Assembly: GCA_004022145.1 (NCBI GenBank)
Contig: RCNU01000012.1
Strand: one strand, 5' to 3'
Source: Paecilomyces variotii
Lineage: Eukaryota
Length of the DNA stretch: 64,000 nucleotides
This document shows positions 62,427 to 64,000 of this stretch, piece by piece (the stretch's first letter is position 1; each line of letters opens with the position of its first letter). The translations under genes and the position numbers were made by a program. The notes beneath the pieces were generated by a model, which worked only from the letters and a program-made list of their open reading frames with translations, was not told the DNA's origin and did not search any database.

Positions 62427-64000
62427 CGATCCTATTCATTCCTTTCCTCTTCGTGAAGCGATCTTACCAGCAGGGTAATGAACTCAGATCAGAGCTGGTA
62501 GCCATCGACCCCGAGGGTGAACCTTTGAATACGATTTCATCTCTGCAGATACAGTGAGGTGGCTACTGTAGACGATGTGCGTCGTCAGGAATATCTCGAC
62601 GTTCTGTATTGGATATCCAAACCACTCGACCAAAAAAAGAGGTCTCCTTTTGGTCATCCTGGATCCTGGATCTAGCATTCTATTTATGAGCAAAGAATGG
62701 TCGATCATGAGGCTGGTAAGTTTCACGGATCTATGAAAGCATTGTGCTGTCCAGAAACTTCTGAGAAACTGCATATGATGGAGCGCTGTAGTTAACCATT
62801 CCAAGATCCATGTTGCAGTCAACCTTTTGCCATTGCTTAAAAATGCCCCTGTGTTCCGACGTGTTCTGTCGGTATTCGACGCAGGCCTTGACGGCAAGGT
62901 CGTGATTGACGATATGGACGGGAGAAAAAGCTCGCAACTCAGCCACCGGGGCAATTTTGCATCTACTTGCATTGGTCCAGCTGTGGGAAGAGGCGCCTCA
63001 GGTCTCCTGATGTGTTGAACTCAGCCTTTACAAGCCAATGTGTGGTTTCCTCGCGGTCATTGCTACGAAGTGGATGGCACTCAAGACATAGTTGGGGGAT
63101 GTGCTGTACTATGGGGACTTTTAAGAGAGTAACTGGCAAGGAGAGGCTGAAAGGCAGAGAACGTTCTCGTTAGCCAAAGAGCCCAGGATGGTTGTATGTA
63201 CTTGGTTGCTTCTGCGTGTTACTAATCTCACATTGCTGATTTTCTGGGCCGTGAATTGAACACGAAGCGCATAGCTGTAGCTACTATCTGTAAAAGCGGA
63301 AGCTAATAGCAGCTAAAATATTTACTCATCCCTTCATGATCTTCTGGTGCCGAATCTCAAGAATAGGACTGACGAATTCAATTCTCCCTACAACAGTATG
63401 AGTATTCCAGCAGGCGTGTAGCGGCAGCAAGCGGTCTTGAGACGCTCGAGGAGATCCCGACAGGCCCCAACAGGCTCTCTCGAGACGACTTGTCCTGTTT
63501 ACGTACAGGTATCGCAGCAGGCAATAGCGGGAACAGCGACGCTCCAGAGGATTGAGGTTTTGAACCACGCGTTGACCTAACAAAAGGATCCCACTGAGAT
63601 TCTCCCAACACCCTTGGTTGCTCCGACGAGATGAGCGACGGACGATACGATAAGAAATGAAATCCTGCCCCAACCTGGGTATTGGAATCTCGCATGGATT
63701 TCAGATCGCACCATCGTGGATGAAAGGCCTCGTTGGCTCTATTCTAGTCTTCCTTAATGCTGCGATGTCAGATTCTGAATCGCATATGCAATTTCCTACG
63801 CTCCTTATACTATAGATTAGCGAGTCGAAGTAGTTGGAATTGAGTCAAATCTCCACTTGTACGTATCCCGAGAACTGAATTGAAATGACCACTCATAGAC
63901 ACAAGTCGAGTTTCTTCTCGGTGATTAGAAAAGTCATCTCGGATGGAGTTTGTAGTTTTTTCTCTTTATCAAAGACAAGGCAAAACGGAGCGATGCATTA

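Overview
Eukaryotic DNA from a filamentous ascomycete, most likely Eurotiales. This is inferred from the Aspergillus-like proteins and the short GT-AG introns with CTRAC/CTAAT branch points; the species cannot be determined. By hand-splicing I find 13 recognisable or well-supported protein genes: vps9 (partial), an asparagine-synthetase-domain protein, cpcA/GCN4, a PH-domain protein, a Vsb1-like SulP-STAS-cNMP transporter, psf1, an HMG-box factor, a DDT/WHIM-like PHD protein, a GPI-like protein, a BBE-type FAD oxidoreductase, a 10-exon LaeA-like methyltransferase, a Cys-rich membrane protein and rcd1/CAF40. There is also a Cys-rich hypothetical protein, two intron-containing tRNAs (Asp-GTC, Tyr-GTA) and two candidate orphan small genes. 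The most notable observations are: (1) a complete cpcA translational-control leader with two uORFs and a Met-free, stop-free in-frame extension of at least 262 codons; (2) five related exon-intron-exon modules at 59.9-62.4 kb in both orientations; (3) a spliced Arg-rich orphan ORF at 47.5-48.0 kb; (4) a long uORF whose stop overlaps the HMG-box start (TGATG). All exon boundaries were read manually and no database searches were run.
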